From: an uncultured delta proteobacterium
GTDB lineage: Bacteria; Desulfobacterota; Desulfobacteria; Desulfobacterales; JAFDCJ01
Reading direction: 5' to 3'
DNA: 64,000 bases
Assembly (NCBI GenBank): GCA_963769935.1
Contig: CAVYNY010000018.1
Location: 64,001-128,000 of the forward strand
Positions 9,191-17,714 of this stretch are shown here, piece by piece. The notes beneath the pieces were generated by a model. It was given only the letters and a program-made list of their open reading frames with translations. It did not search any database and was not told the DNA's origin. Made by a program: the position numbers and the translations under genes. How positions within the stretch are numbered: the stretch's first letter is position 1; each line of letters starts with the position of its first letter.

Positions 9191-9550
9191 CTACAGAAAA
9201 TAGGGTTTGATGAAAAAGAGCATTGTTGAGAAAATAAAAATGCAGGCATTTAGAATCGCGCACAGAGCGGCCTCCCGCAGGAAAGGCCGGAGCTTCCCAT
9301 TATTGGGATTCCGGTTTATGCCCTTGAAGGCTTTTCGAAGGCACATGAGGTAATTGGCAAAAAGGCAGGTGCCAATAATCAATAAAGTCTTGACCAATAA
9401 ACTACCTCCCAGCTCATTGCCCGGAATAATAAGGATTTTACCTAAAGCAAGACCGAAAAAGACATTGGCCAGGATCGTTAAAATCGGAAATTTGTTGGAC
9501 GACAGGGTTCGTTTAAGGGAGTGAATAATTTCTTGCATGCCATGCCCCAT
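9191..9550 (-). CDS. Hypothetical membrane protein
   Basis: Three hydrophobic segments. Confidence 0.55.
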   Translation of the reverse strand: MGHGMQEIIHSLKRTLSSNKFPILTILANVFFGLALGKILIIPGNELGGSLLVKTLLIIGTCLFANYLMCLRKAFKGINRNPNNGKLRPFLREAALCAILNACIFIFSTMLFFIKPYFL

Positions 9551-9984
9551 AAATATCAGAATTTGGAAACCGAACCAAAGCTAAAACGGTATATAAGTCC
9601 ATTGGAATATTCAAAATCTGAACCGTAAGGCACCTCTAAAAAAATATTAAAAATCCGAAGCCTTTGGATTTGTTTCTCAACAACGCCTCAAAGCCTCAAC
9701 AAGTATTGCTGTAGTCCCTTTTCGGCTGATAAGCAAAAGCTTATTTTATGTCGATATACAGTTTTGGCGACCGCTCATTTCCCCTGTTTTTTTAATGACC
9801 ATCTTGGCGCCGATTCCGAAAGTAAAAAGAATAAAGGAGTATATCAAAGCTTGAATAGTGTATAAAGCAGTTGAAATTTTGTTTCTTATTCACAATTCAA
9901 GCTTTGCCCCCCTTTTTTCACATCTGCTATTTCAGCGGAGCATTTTTCGCATTTCATGATAATTAATACTTTCAGAGGTGTAGC

Positions 9985-10039
9985 CTTGGCAAAAGGTGCG
10001 GAGGCATTTTGCCGTCGCCCTTAATGCCGTTGTTTTATA
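9985..10039 (-). other. Degenerate attC (R' lost)
   Basis: Minus ATAAAAC-aacgg-CATTAAGGGCGACGG...CCGCACCTTTTGCC, no GTT follows. Confidence 0.5.
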
Positions 10040-10521
10040 TCTTCCGATAAATAGATCCATTTTCCTTTGGTAAGAGGCTCCAGATCGGAAGGTTTTAGCT
10101 GAAAAACGGCAAAAGGAGTGCCTGCCGCTGCCCATATCGTTTCATATTTTTTCAAATCCCTATCCAACAAGGTTTCCAAAGGTTCAATATGCCCTACAGG
10201 CGGAACACCACCGATTGCATATCCGACTCTAGCCTTTACAAAATTTCCATCCGCTTTTCCAATATTTAAACCTAACGACTTTTGGATTTTTTTCACATCA
10301 ACTCGATTTGAGCCGGATGCAATGACAAGAATAGGTCTGTCCGTTTTCTCCTCCCTGAAAACAAGCGATTTAGCAATCTGGGCCACCGTACATCCTATGC
10401 TGTCAGCAGCCTCCTGAGCGGTCCTCGCTGAACCAGGCAGTTCCTTGACATCAAATGAGAATCCCATTTCAGAAAGGAAATCCTGTACACGCTTCGCACT
10501 ATTGCTTAATTCTGATTCCAT
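10021..10521 (-). CDS. YbaK/EbsC-family aminoacyl-tRNA deacylase
   Basis: TAQEAA..IAKSLVF, GYAIGGVPPVGH, WAAAGTP. Confidence 0.9.
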   Translation of the reverse strand: MESELSNSAKRVQDFLSEMGFSFDVKELPGSARTAQEAADSIGCTVAQIAKSLVFREEKTDRPILVIASGSNRVDVKKIQKSLGLNIGKADGNFVKARVGYAIGGVPPVGHIEPLETLLDRDLKKYETIWAAAGTPFAVFQLKPSDLEPLTKGKWIYLSEDIKQRH

Positions 10522-10569
10522 AAATTTTATCCTTTGAGTATAACCACTAAACCCCGAAGAGAGCAGGGT

Positions 10570-10671
10570 GCATATTCCACAGTGAGCAGCGGCCCAATTT
10601 CAGACTGAACCTGCACGGCCTTTACGTTAAGCCGCGATTTTCACGCCGTCTGCTCCACCGGCATGTTTCAT
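10570..10671 (-). other. attC site, R' degenerate; homolog of attC 14344-14446
   Basis: Shared GAGCAGACGGCGTGAA.ATCGCG..CGTAAAGGCCGTGCA..GGGCCGCTGCTCAC. Confidence 0.7.
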
Positions 10672-11153
10672 GCGTCGCCTTTCTTCCAATACTCGCCCAT
10701 CAGCTCGCTGGACCAGGCGGGTTGGTCGACAGGACTTCTGGGAAGGAACTCCGACATGACAGGTTTCAGATCTACGACCGGTGTGCCATCGATGGCGTCC
10801 AATTCTTCCACCTGTATCTCCCGACCATTTACCGAAATAATCCGACAAATTGTACTGCCGAGTCGATTCGGGCGATTCTTGCCCCTTTGTGCGAATATCC
10901 CAACCTTTGGCCAATCGACGTTGTTCCTCGGGCGGCGCGCGCCAGAGACGATCTTCGAAGGCTCGACTTGATCGAAGACGAACAGAACCTCGACGTGGGA
11001 AAATTCCTGCAACCCTTGCAGCGCCTCGGCGTCGAAGCTATCGACAAGCCGAATCAAGGACCGGGTCTTGCCCCAGTAATCGTCCTTCGCCTCCTTGCGA
11101 GAGGTTCGAACGTATCCAATTGGCTCTATCTCAAAAGCCACCGCATACTCCAT
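10668..11153 (-). CDS. TrmO/TsaA (YaeB)-like SAM-binding beta-barrel protein
   Basis: IEPIGYV, GLQEFSHV, GIFAQR..NRPNRLG, LDAIDGTPVVDLKP. Confidence 0.85.
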   Translation of the reverse strand: MEYAVAFEIEPIGYVRTSRKEAKDDYWGKTRSLIRLVDSFDAEALQGLQEFSHVEVLFVFDQVEPSKIVSGARRPRNNVDWPKVGIFAQRGKNRPNRLGSTICRIISVNGREIQVEELDAIDGTPVVDLKPVMSEFLPRSPVDQPAWSSELMGEYWKKGDA

Positions 11154-11168
11154 GCTTTTCTTAGGAAT

Positions 11169-11253
11169 TTACCCTGTTAAACCTTTTCTTACTTTGTTTA
11201 ACTGGGGTATGCCATATCTGACCCAGTATGTTATGCCTTTTCGCTCTTGCCAT
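11169..11253 (-). pseudogene. RAYT 5' remnant ending at 40-bp hairpin (copy 3, 11169-11208)
   Basis: MARAKRHNILGQIWH-ACCCCAGTTAAACAAAGTAAGAAAAGGTTTAACAGGGTAA then unrelated sequence. Confidence 0.85.
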
Positions 11254-11420
11254 TGCTATATCGCTGTTTTTTGCTCCAAAAAGCTCAATATACCCCTGCT
11301 TTTGGGGGTACAAGTAAGCTCATTCTCTATAATTATAGCCTGTTAGCCTGGCCCGTCCCCAAATCTGGAAATGAGCAGGGCCGTAAGTGAATCGATATCA
11401 AGCGAGAGACGTGTCCCAGC

Positions 11421-12335
11421 TCAAAGGCCGGCAACGAATTGTCTAATCGTCTGTTTGACTGATCCGAGGTCTCCCCGATCCTCAATCGAGCCGTAGATGT
11501 CGCCACCAAGGTCTGCAGGCATCCTCGCACCCTTCTCACGAATCACAAGCACCTGATCTTTCCCCTTGGCTGCCGCGAAGTACCCCGCCTCGAACACAAC
11601 GTTGTCGCGAGGAGCAGCTTCGCGGCCGGGCCCTGGCAGGCCAAGGTCGTCGTCCTTGGTAAAGAGAAAGATCCCGAGCGAGGTGCGAGATCTGGCCTCA
11701 TCGATCTCCTCTAGAATCGTCCTTCCTGGCCTGAAGTCGCGCTGCCAATCCAGTACTGTCGCCCCCACCTCTGACTCGAGGAAGCTTCGAAGTTCGCCGG
11801 CGGTCGCCGATGCCTGACTGCAGTATCCAAAAAAGACATCCTTGCGGGCCCTCAATTGGTTCCCCCAGTGAGTCTTGAACACAACCTCAAACTGAGGAGT
11901 GTCGAGCCATGACTTGTCCGCATCATCGGGAAAGACGCCCACATAAGGACCAAAGGACATGTCAAACACCACCCTTCGCATAAGACGCTGTTGTGCCAGT
12001 ACCAAGAGAGGCAAGCCCAGGGTGCGTGCTAAGGCACCCTCATAATAACAATATTCAGTCGGTAAGAAGACCGGTCCGTCTGAGGCATGCAGCTCCCACC
12101 GAGGAAGCCCGATGATGGCCGCACCTTGACAATGTTGAGCGACTTCATGGGCAGCGGAAGCACTCCAAGCCTGTGGAGCAGACATCGAGTTACGACCAGT
12201 TGGATCGGTGAAGATCTCTGGTATGTATCCGAGCTGCTCGATGCGCTCAACCACACCCCACTTCAGATCATTTTCGTTATCGGTTAGCCAGGGATCGGCA
12301 GGCATACTGACGTAGATTCTTCGATTGACACCCAT
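11421..12335 (-). CDS. Two-domain protein: N-terminal NDT/DUF4062-like fold plus C-terminal CAP12/Pycsar-type TIR domain
   Basis: IYVSMP...TEYCYYEGALARTLGLPLLVL; VFFGY...GIFLFTKDD...PRDNVVFEAGYF...MPADLGG. Confidence 0.8.
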   Translation of the reverse strand: MGVNRRIYVSMPADPWLTDNENDLKWGVVERIEQLGYIPEIFTDPTGRNSMSAPQAWSASAAHEVAQHCQGAAIIGLPRWELHASDGPVFLPTEYCYYEGALARTLGLPLLVLAQQRLMRRVVFDMSFGPYVGVFPDDADKSWLDTPQFEVVFKTHWGNQLRARKDVFFGYCSQASATAGELRSFLESEVGATVLDWQRDFRPGRTILEEIDEARSRTSLGIFLFTKDDDLGLPGPGREAAPRDNVVFEAGYFAAAKGKDQVLVIREKGARMPADLGGDIYGSIEDRGDLGSVKQTIRQFVAGL

Positions 12336-12399
12336 TTCTACCTCCGTCGTCGTGATTTAGCGGGGCGCGGGTAAGCAGCACACTTTCGCGAGGAATAAG

Positions 12400-12570
12400 G
12401 GGCCGGATCGATTTTGTAATAGTGCGCTACTTTGTCAATGAGCGCCGGCAGTCTGACAGCAGTCACCTGCAGGCGATATCTTTCCTTCAACTGTTCATCG
12501 GCTTGCTTTAACACCCGTTGCATAAATTCTGACGAACCCAGCATCTATTCTGGCTTATGCGAGGCATAAC
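12400..12570 (-). pseudogene. RAYT C-terminal remnant
   Basis: LGSSEFMQRVLKQADEQLKERYRLQ...LIDKVAHYYKID resembles C-terminal extension of long RAYTs. Confidence 0.6.
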
Positions 12571-12631
12571 GCCTATTTATCAGATCTCTATAATAATGCA
12601 AATATAGAAATAGAACGGATGTTCCCATTAT

Positions 12632-12736
12632 CCCCCCAAGTGGGACTTTCACCTTCGGCGATCACCCACTGGGCAACATTATCAAATTTCACCTCCTTGG
12701 GAGGTTCCCAACGATTCGGGCTATGCTGGGCACGAC
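12632..12736 (-). mobile_element. Probable group II intron 5' remnant (domain I start)
   Basis: Minus GTCGTGCCCAGCATAGCCCGAATC...GGGTGATCGCCGAAGGTGAAAGTCCCAC; preceded by GCCGAAC-cacgc-AGTG (attC R'' and start of L''). Confidence 0.6.
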
Positions 12737-12753
12737 CACTGCGTGGTTCGGCC

Positions 12754-13356
12754 CTATCGTTCAGCAATTATACAGTCATCAATGTGCGAACCAAGATTGT
12801 CAGATAACCGCTGGGTAATCTTTCGCATAGATGCTTCCGGTCGATCGAAACCATAAACCGTTAATGGAAAATTTAGCGGCTCCTGAATTTTCCATATCTC
12901 ATCGTGCTTATTAGGCGAAAATAACTTGGCTGGATTACCAACGGCAATCCAGCCTATCGGCACTACAACTCCGGGTTCGAGGTACGATTTTAAATGAACA
13001 ACGGCATTTATTCGAACCTGAGATCCTTTGCCCAAACGTGCGCTATGAAAAATTGCGGCTCCGGTTGCAATGAAGACTTCGTCTTCGACAGCGCATCCAA
13101 CCACATGTGCATTAGGACCGATTAGGCAATAATTTCCGATGGACGCTGAATGATCGGGATTGCTCCTTACAACCGCGTTTTCGAAAATAATGCATTGTTC
13201 ACCAATAACTATTTTGCCGCCCTCTGCAATAATCGAAGCTCCATGCATTATCCTGCAATTCGGACCGATGGTAACATCACCACAAAGTGTTGCGGTAGGT
13301 GCAACATAGGCTGATGGATGAACTTGCGGTTGTTTACCGTTATGTGAAAGAAACAC
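12754..13356 (-). CDS. Gamma-carbonic anhydrase-like left-handed beta-helix protein
   Basis: PQVHPSAYVAPTATLCGDVTIG hexapeptide repeats, GNPAK; GGAGG RBS, GTG start. Confidence 0.85.
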   Translation of the reverse strand: MFLSHNGKQPQVHPSAYVAPTATLCGDVTIGPNCRIMHGASIIAEGGKIVIGEQCIIFENAVVRSNPDHSASIGNYCLIGPNAHVVGCAVEDEVFIATGAAIFHSARLGKGSQVRINAVVHLKSYLEPGVVVPIGWIAVGNPAKLFSPNKHDEIWKIQEPLNFPLTVYGFDRPEASMRKITQRLSDNLGSHIDDCIIAER

Positions 13357-13374
13357 ACCTACCTCCTATTTTGG

Positions 13375-13437
13375 ACTGAACGTGCTGCTCAGGGGCAGCG
13401 TGGTTTTTACGCTGACACCTGCAGCAGATTGTTGGCC
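13375..13437 (-). other. attC site (63 bp)
   Basis: GGCCAAC-aatct-GCTGCAGG...CCTGAGC-agcac-GTTCAGT. Confidence 0.9.
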
Positions 13438-13946
13438 ATTCTCTTTTTTCCAATTTCAATTTTAAGAATGACTCCATTATGGTAATGAAGTCTGGCAAAA
13501 ACTCCCTCACGAAGGGCACCTCCGTGAGAATTGGTTTGTTTGTATCCAGGTGTTACATGAAAATAATTAATTTCAAATTCTTGACCTCCGACAGTAATAA
13601 CGTCACCAGCTGAATGCCCGCCAAAAGGCTGTTCATGAGTAACGTGAACGACACCCTCCGCAATTTGGCATTGCCCGTTACGAAAGACATCGAGCAATTG
13701 TTCAATGTCGGATGTGCCTATCCGCCATAGGGGTATATGCAAAAGTAACCACATAACACCCCAAAAGGTCATAAATACAGGCCCCCAGAGCTTCTTTGGA
13801 AATAGGCCTCGCGTCTTTTTGCGAAGTATTAGGCCAGTAATTCCAGCAATCAAAATGACGATGCCAATAACCAGTCGGAATATGACATCTGCCCGGATTC
13901 CATTTGTTCCAGCGGTTATTTCAAATATAGTGGTGAATTCGTTCAT
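13407..13946 (-). CDS. Hypothetical 2-TM membrane protein (cassette gene)
   Basis: Start MNEF just after R'; two TM segments; ORF ends inside next attC. Confidence 0.7.
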   Translation of the reverse strand: MNEFTTIFEITAGTNGIRADVIFRLVIGIVILIAGITGLILRKKTRGLFPKKLWGPVFMTFWGVMWLLLHIPLWRIGTSDIEQLLDVFRNGQCQIAEGVVHVTHEQPFGGHSAGDVITVGGQEFEINYFHVTPGYKQTNSHGGALREGVFARLHYHNGVILKIEIGKKRMANNLLQVSA

Positions 13947-13956
13947 TATTAACTGG

Positions 13957-14085
13957 CTCCAACGTGGAAGTGAGGGGCCGGGCAGGGATTGCCTAAACTC
14001 TAAATAATGACCACAACCTGCTGAAAAACAATAATTGCAAAAATGGCACGGCTTTGCCCGGCCCCTCTCCACTGATTTGTTCTGC
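13957..14085 (-). other. attC site (129 bp)
   Basis: GCAGAAC-aaatc-AGTGGAGAGGGGCCGGGCA...TGCCCGGCCCCTCACT-tccac-GTTGGAG. Confidence 0.9.
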
Positions 14086-14088
14086 ATC

Positions 14089-14319
14089 TCAGTGAGTCTT
14101 AATATGGTTGTTAAATTTTTCCGCCAACTCCAAAATTGAAAGTTGAAGGCCTGCTATCTTTTGAATTGCCCAAGCTTGAAAAATTTCATCCTTACGATTC
14201 TTGTCATTAGGATGCTCTTCAATATACGATTGATAATGCGCATGGAATTCATAGATTAGGTCCTCAGTTTTTGCATCAACTCTTTTTAAACTTTCCGCTA
14301 ATTTATCAGCACTTGACAT
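14089..14319 (-). CDS. Small hypothetical cassette protein
   Basis: MSSADKLAE... 76 aa, GGGAG RBS, bounded by two attC. Confidence 0.7.
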   Translation of the reverse strand: MSSADKLAESLKRVDAKTEDLIYEFHAHYQSYIEEHPNDKNRKDEIFQAWAIQKIAGLQLSILELAEKFNNHIKTH

Positions 14320-14343
14320 GTGTTCTCCCTTTAAATGTTGGTA

Positions 14344-14446
14344 GCAGAACCCGGGCGTGAGCAGCGGCCCACATGATATTCGAGTTTGCACGGCCTTTAC
14401 GAAAAAACGCGATCTTCACGCCGTCTGCTCAACGCATTTGTTCTGC
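14344..14446 (-). other. attC site (103 bp)
   Basis: GCAGAAC-aaatg-CGTTGAGCAG...CTGCTCACG-cccgg-GTTCTGC. Confidence 0.9.
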
Positions 14447-14462
14447 AATTCCAAGCCCAGAG

Positions 14463-14699
14463 CTACAGTTTGTCATGCTTTTCAGGTTCAACATCAGGAA
14501 CTTTATCCAGTACAGCTTGATACTTTTTCCGTGATGCCCTCCTGGCTCTTTTGTTCAGATATTCCTCAGTCAGCAATGCCGTCATTTTTTCCGCAGTCGC
14601 TGAAGCAATGAACTGGTTTATAGAAATTCCCTCCCGTTGCGCCAGTTGTCGAATTTGTTCATGTAAAGAATTCGGTATTCGTAGGCTTAATGTACTCAT
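14463..14699 (-). CDS. RHH (HicB-like) antitoxin
   Basis: MSTLSLRIPNSLHEQIRQLAQREGISINQFI. Confidence 0.85.
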   Translation of the reverse strand: MSTLSLRIPNSLHEQIRQLAQREGISINQFIASATAEKMTALLTEEYLNKRARRASRKKYQAVLDKVPDVEPEKHDKL

Positions 14700-15112
14700 T
14701 TTATAACTCCTATCTCTGAAAGAAATTCTCTTGGATCGAGAACCCTTAGGCCGAATCGTTCAATACCTTTAAAATCACGCTTATTGTAGGTGACAATTGC
14801 ATCGCATCCCGCTGCAACAGCAACCTCCAGCACATGATCATCAGACGGATCCGGCAAAAAAGGGCGCCAGAGAAAAAATATTTCTTGATGATGGCCAATT
14901 TTACATAGAAAATCTACGAAATTTCCTATGTCCTGTGATGTGATAGCAGAGGATTCCAGTCGCTTTAACGCATCCTCATACTCCAAAACCAAAGGGACTG
15001 AAATGGCGATCGAAAACTCATCGCTTGGTAGAACCGATACGAGCTTAAAGGATGCACCACGGCGGGATCTTAACGCTGAAACTAAAACATTCGTATCAAT
15101 CACAATTTTCAT
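14696..15112 (-). CDS. PIN-family toxin
   Basis: IVIDTNVLVSAL, EYE, DPSDDHVLEVA, VTYNKRDF. Confidence 0.9.
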   Translation of the reverse strand: MKIVIDTNVLVSALRSRRGASFKLVSVLPSDEFSIAISVPLVLEYEDALKRLESSAITSQDIGNFVDFLCKIGHHQEIFFLWRPFLPDPSDDHVLEVAVAAGCDAIVTYNKRDFKGIERFGLRVLDPREFLSEIGVIK

Positions 15113-15166
15113 GTGGTATTATATATCATACCAAAACGGGGTATTCAAGTGTAAAGTGACGTTTCT

Positions 15167-15270
15167 GCAGAACGTCTCGGGATGAGCTGCAGGCCACAGA
15201 GCTACGATTACCTCTGGACTTTACGCAAACCGCCTGCTTATTCCTGTCAGCTCAATCCCGCTTGTTAGGG
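15167..15270 (-). other. attC site (104 bp)
   Basis: CCCTAAC-aagcg-GGATTGAGCTGAC...GCAGCTCATCC-cgagac-GTTCTGC. Confidence 0.9.
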
Positions 15271-15298
15271 CGCACTTGCTTGTTGAGAATCTAGTGAT

Positions 15299-16159
15299 CT
15301 ACACAATTGCTAGGGGGTTAACTGGGCTCCCTACTCCTGAGGTTAGCGGTAAGGGCGTGACCACGAATAAGAATTCGTAAACCCGATCCGTAGCCAGTTG
15401 CGCCAATTTTAAGTTCTCTAATAGGTAAATACCCAAATCTCTTATAACGACAGGGTGAAACGAAAGTTTGTCGGGCGGTATAGTCCCCATAACTTCTACG
15501 CCGTGGTTATCGGCGCCCACCGCGACAATATCGTGTTGCTGTAGCCAGCTTGGGGTAGACATATCAAGCCCCGGCTCGCCGCTGTTGAACCGCTCCCGAT
15601 CTCGTTCAAAGAGTTTCATCCAACCCGTGTGAATCAGCAAAATATCGCCAGCGTGAATCTCAACATTTTGACTGGCCGCGCAGGCGTCCAGATCAGCGGC
15701 GGAAATAGGTTCTCCCACATCAAGATGCTCAACCCCTTTCCAACCGGCAATATCCAACAGTACGCCACGACCGACGATAGCCGGCACGTTTTCGATAGCG
15801 TTGCGGGTTCCACCGCCATCCGAACTGATATGGTCGGCCACGTCAAAGCCGTTGTAAAGTTGGTTATGGTACCAAACGTGACACAGCGCATCAATGTGAG
15901 TACCTGAGTGAGAGTGCATCATCACAATGTCGTCCGCCCAACCAAACGTTGGGTTGTTGCCATAGCGCGTAGTCTTCCAAGTTTTATGGCGACTTGGCCA
16001 CTGAGGGCCTTCGGCTTCCAAGGGCATTGCCAGGCTATAAACTTTGCCGGTTCTAACCAAACCGGCTGCTTGTTTTATCAAGTCTGGGGTAATGAGATTT
16101 AAAGTGCCTTGTTCATCTTCAGGACCCCATCGACCCCAATTGCTTAATTGATTTGTCAT
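15299..16159 (-). CDS. Cyclase-family (kynurenine formamidase-like) metal hydrolase
   Basis: NWGRWGPEDEQGTLN, HSGTHIDALCH, GDILLIHTG, GSPVNP. Confidence 0.9.
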   Translation of the reverse strand: MTNQLSNWGRWGPEDEQGTLNLITPDLIKQAAGLVRTGKVYSLAMPLEAEGPQWPSRHKTWKTTRYGNNPTFGWADDIVMMHSHSGTHIDALCHVWYHNQLYNGFDVADHISSDGGGTRNAIENVPAIVGRGVLLDIAGWKGVEHLDVGEPISAADLDACAASQNVEIHAGDILLIHTGWMKLFERDRERFNSGEPGLDMSTPSWLQQHDIVAVGADNHGVEVMGTIPPDKLSFHPVVIRDLGIYLLENLKLAQLATDRVYEFLFVVTPLPLTSGVGSPVNPLAIV

Positions 16160-16250
16160 GGCATATGCTCTTTGAAAATAGATTTTGGAAAGAAATTATA
16201 TGAATACCCTTTAATATCAAGATTGCACAGGATAGATGATCATTTTAGCG

Positions 16251-16373
16251 CCCTAACGCCCACCATCAATGGGGAGCAGGGTTTACGGACTTCGCAAATG
16301 AGAGTTCAACACTAAAATACGCCAAAACCAAGGTGGCCCGCCCCTGCGAATCCAGTGAATGGTGATGTTAGCC
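16251..16373 (-). other. attC site (123 bp)
   Basis: GGCTAAC-atcac-CATTCACT...GCAGGG..CCCTGC...ATTGATG-gtgggc-GTTAGGG. Confidence 0.85.
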
Positions 16374-16696
16374 TTCAAATTTTCCTTTTTTCAGCTCGAT
16401 ATCCTTGCATTTTATTACTCTATAGCCAGCATTCGTATCCATTTTGTAAGTTGTGGCTTCGTATTCATCCGCAGCTTTATGGATATCAAAATCCAAAATA
16501 GTTATTTGGCCAGCAAACGGTCCTTCATGAATTCGGTACTGATAAATATCTTTGAACTCAATACAGTATATTTCATACTTATGTGCATCCCAATCAATGG
16601 GGTAATCAACTTCGAAAATGAGTTTACTATCCAATGGGATTTCAATTATTCTTTTGATTACGAATCATGCCAATTTATTTCTGATATATCAGTCAT
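16368..16696 (-). pseudogene. AT-rich hypothetical cassette gene with 1-nt frameshift near codon 12
   Basis: MTDISEINWHDS stops at once; shifted frame continues VIKRIIEIPLDSKLIFEVDYP... Confidence 0.6.
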
Positions 16697-16708
16697 GATA
16701 ATTCTACC

Positions 16709-16745
16709 GGGCTAACCAGTGATTGAGTGGTTTCTGTTTATCATC
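16709..16745 (-). other. R' core without pairing arm (attI-like or half attC)
   Basis: Minus ...ACCACTCAATCACTG-GTTAGCC; GTTAGCC complements GGCTAAC closing the same cassette. Confidence 0.5.
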
Positions 16746-17336
16746 TTGCAATTAAATAATCCTGCCGGTTATGCAATATATAAAAAGCTGCAATATGACG
16801 GTTTTCAAACTGTTTAACATGCAACATTTCATGTTAGACGGATCCCGCTTAAATACACATTAAATCCTGTCTGGTGCTTTTGGTTAGCGTTTCCACTTTT
16901 CACTGGATGCCAAAAAATAACGGATAAAGATGAGATCATGCTCATTGTTTGTATTTGATACCGGCGGCTCATAGATTCGCCCAAAAGAAATCCCGCTCTC
17001 TTTTTGAGAAACGGGATTTTTTATTGCGCTGCATCATTTATTCTCCTTTGTCGGGTCAACGAAGGAAGGCAGATGTTAGCTCGAATTATAAGTTTTTTGT
17101 TGATTCAATATATTATATTGTACATCAAATCAAGCTCCGTTCGAGTATCGAGGCACAAAAACCGTACGAAAAGCTCCGGACGAGATGACGCCATCGAATC
17201 GAAAAAGATCAAAAAAATCAACATTGGCAATAAAATCCGGGATTGTTTTCGGAATGGCGGTGGAGCACTCCGCATGGGTAGCGCGGCAGGTACCTGCTCA
17301 ATATCAATTAATTGCCGCGGCCAGACCCCCGACCAC

Positions 17337-17699
17337 TTATTCCTTTAACCACCTGATGGCTTTATCAATATCGGAGAACACGGTGACCGTCACCCCCCGG
17401 TTGCGCGCAGCATTTTCGAAGAATTTGTCGGGTAAGATCTGATCTCTCCGTCCCAGCATGGCGATCTTGACAGAGTAAGGGATTGTCACCGCCCCATACT
17501 GGGCAATGTCGAACCGATTCATCACCGACATGTCACCTGCCATCGGCCTGCAATCAAACAGAACCTTCGCGCATTTTTCTCTCGTGCACGCCGCCACCAT
17601 TTCATCCACACAGCGCTTGGCAGCTTCAGGGCTGAACCGCCCCGAAAATGTGATGTGGATATAACCCTCGGCCTTTACGATATCGACAAAGTCAGTCAT
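17337..17699 (-). CDS. STAS/SEC14-like small protein
   Basis: YIHITFSG, KVLFDCR, KIAML, FFENAARNRG, FSDIDKAIRWL. Confidence 0.7.
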   Translation of the reverse strand: MTDFVDIVKAEGYIHITFSGRFSPEAAKRCVDEMVAACTREKCAKVLFDCRPMAGDMSVMNRFDIAQYGAVTIPYSVKIAMLGRRDQILPDKFFENAARNRGVTVTVFSDIDKAIRWLKE

Positions 17700-17714
17700 G
17701 ATTATTCGCTCGTA

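Noticed and set aside
13947..14087. N-terminal extension of the 226-aa ORF
   Set aside because: Runs through an attC site; real start likely 13946
17054..17081. AGCTAAC...GTTGACC mini attC
   Set aside because: 28 bp is too short and there is no stem
16860..17336. Integrase (intI) remnant
   Set aside because: No tyrosine-recombinase motifs recognised in the frames I read; ORFs 17004-17348 and 16949-17188 look spurious
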